Part shown: piece after piece, positions 62,905 to 64,000 of the stretch
Position numbering within the stretch: the first letter of the stretch is position 1
How the letters are laid out: every line of letters begins with the position of its first letter
The notes under the pieces: model-generated
Told to the model about the DNA's origin: nothing
Databases searched by the model: none
What the model saw: the letters and a program-made list of their open reading frames with translations, nothing else
Assembly (NCBI GenBank): GCA_041666305.1
Contig: JBAYHD010000002.1
Span: 684-64,683, forward strand
Origin: Minisyncoccota bacterium
GTDB taxonomy: Bacteria > Patescibacteriota > Minisyncoccia > Phycocordibacterales > Phycocordibacteraceae
Direction of reading: 5' to 3'
DNA length: 64,000 bases
Program-made: the position numbers and the translations under genes

Positions 62905-63371
62905 GTTATATAAGTGCTCAAAAGGAGATTGTGCGGGATGTTCAATGCGCAAAATACGATTGTGCAAACGCCCGTATACTCGGGCATTCGCACAATCGCT
63001 GGGATCTTTTGCGCACTTGCTGAGCGGCTTTGCCGCCTACGCAAGTGCGCAAAAGATATATTGTGCGCACTCTATACAGAGCATCCCCCATCGCTTCCCT
63101 GCAGCTAAAGAAACAAAAAACACATCAATGTATTATTACGATGCGTTCCCTGCTTCCATCGCCGACAATTATTATTTTTTTAGCGCGATGATGATGACCT
63201 GGCACAGACTAATAAGCGTACTCATAAAACCGGTCCAAAATGCGTAGATCTGGAGCTTGCCCATAAAATTCTGTTTTCGACTCATAGAGGAAAGCGTACC
63301 ACGCTTCCCTTTCGTCTTAAACAAGGAGGTGTTCAAAAGTTGTCTCTGGCTATAATCAAGTCCCATAAGAA

Positions 63372-63974
63372 TCAGCAGGAAACATTTGCGACAATGTAGT
63401 CGTACGCTTCATCAACCGAATCAACGAGCGTGTAAAGCTGCATATCCGACTCGTCAATGGCCGCATGCTTCATATAAACCGTTTTTTCGATGAAACCAAG
63501 GAGCGGTTCCCAGTAGTCCTTTCCATAAAGCACAATAGGAACCTTGCGGATTTTTTTTGTTTGCACCAACGTCACGATCTCGAAAAATTCGTCAAGCGTA
63601 CCGAAACCGCCCGGGAAATACACGTATACTTCGGATGCGTATGTCAGCATCACTTTTCGCACGAAAAAATGATCGAAGCCGAACTTCTCGGTCAAATAGG
63701 GATTGTAGGTTTGCAAGTCCGGCAAATTGATATTGAGTCCGACTGAAGAACCGCCGGCTTCAAACGCCCCTTTATTTGCGGCCTGCATGATGCCGGTGCT
63801 ACCGCCCGTCACGACGGCAAAACCCTTCTTAGACAACCGGGAAGCCAATTCTTCTGCGTGTTTGTACGAATCGTCCCCAAGCGTGGCTCGCGCGCTACCA
63901 AAAAAGGATGCCGCAAGGCCATAGCGACGAATGATGTCGAAGCCTTCAATAAATTCCGACATGATCTTGAACAC
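63372..63974 (-). CDS. LOG family protein (cytokinin riboside 5'-monophosphate phosphoribohydrolase-like, YvdD)
   Basis: PGGFGTLDEFFE and GGSTGIMQA LOG motifs. Confidence 0.75.
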   Translation of the reverse strand: MFKIMSEFIEGFDIIRRYGLAASFFGSARATLGDDSYKHAEELASRLSKKGFAVVTGGSTGIMQAANKGAFEAGGSSVGLNINLPDLQTYNPYLTEKFGFDHFFVRKVMLTYASEVYVYFPGGFGTLDEFFEIVTLVQTKKIRKVPIVLYGKDYWEPLLGFIEKTVYMKHAAIDESDMQLYTLVDSVDEAYDYIVANVSC

Positions 63975-64000
63975 GCGCCATGACTCGATCTTTTTCGGCT

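Noticed and set aside
62945-63366. ORFs 62945-63247 (+) and 63172-63366 (-)
   Set aside because: Mutually overlapping, with no motifs and odd composition. This is probably a promoter or intergenic region between the alkA-like and LOG genes.

Overview
This is a bacterial window with about 55% GC, compact and almost all on the + strand. The small housekeeping proteins, weak Shine-Dalgarno signals and many leaderless starts look like a reduced genome, possibly of the CPR/Patescibacteria type. This is an inference from gene content only.

Core genes, in order:
- leuS, a sigma-r4-like DNA-binding protein, mltG, guaA and mnmA.
- A DNA-repair and nuclease cluster: an ATP-cone plus Mrr-like nuclease, a Cas4/RecB-like nuclease, an MGMT-like protein and ung.
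- An archaeal-type IMP-cyclohydrolase-like gene, a HAD hydrolase, an M13 peptidase and alaS.
- The infA-rpmJ-rpsM-rpsK-rpsD-rpoA-rplQ and rplM-rpsI ribosomal clusters.
- tRNA-Leu(TAG), followed by a roughly 5-kb island of small unknown genes punctuated by five copies of a ~45-bp direct repeat.
- grpE-dnaK-(small gene)-dnaJ, tyrS, tRNA-Tyr(GTA), and an AT-rich block of secreted proteins.
- A pyrD-like gene, a NADAR protein, trpS, NfeD-flotillin, aspS, pepA, scpA/scpB, dacA-like, mraY-ftsW-murG, gltX, an M23 peptidase, an alkA-like gene (- strand) and a LOG-family gene (- strand).

Features the gene list does not explain:
- A four-copy family of ~132-bp structured palindromic (MITE/Correia-like) elements sits immediately after stop codons. 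The copies have ~25-bp terminal inverted repeats, compensatory arm changes and short flanking direct repeats.
- Three further small repeat/hairpin families occur in intergenic regions: a GTTCGTTAA...AACGGTCGT...TTAACGAAC hairpin (2 copies), a TAGGCGCTAGGCTTTAG composite (2 loci, inverted), and a 23-nt GC hairpin found in-frame inside dnaJ (2 copies) and scpB.
- A perfect 17-bp-stem palindrome and an 18-bp inverted repeat overlap the dnaJ and grpE promoters.
- An in-frame 51-bp double palindrome lies inside gltX.
- A Nudix hydrolase domain is inserted into leuS.
- ung is followed by an AT-rich inserted gene and then a divergent, selectively conserved duplicate of the ung 3' half.

No rRNA genes or CRISPR arrays were seen.
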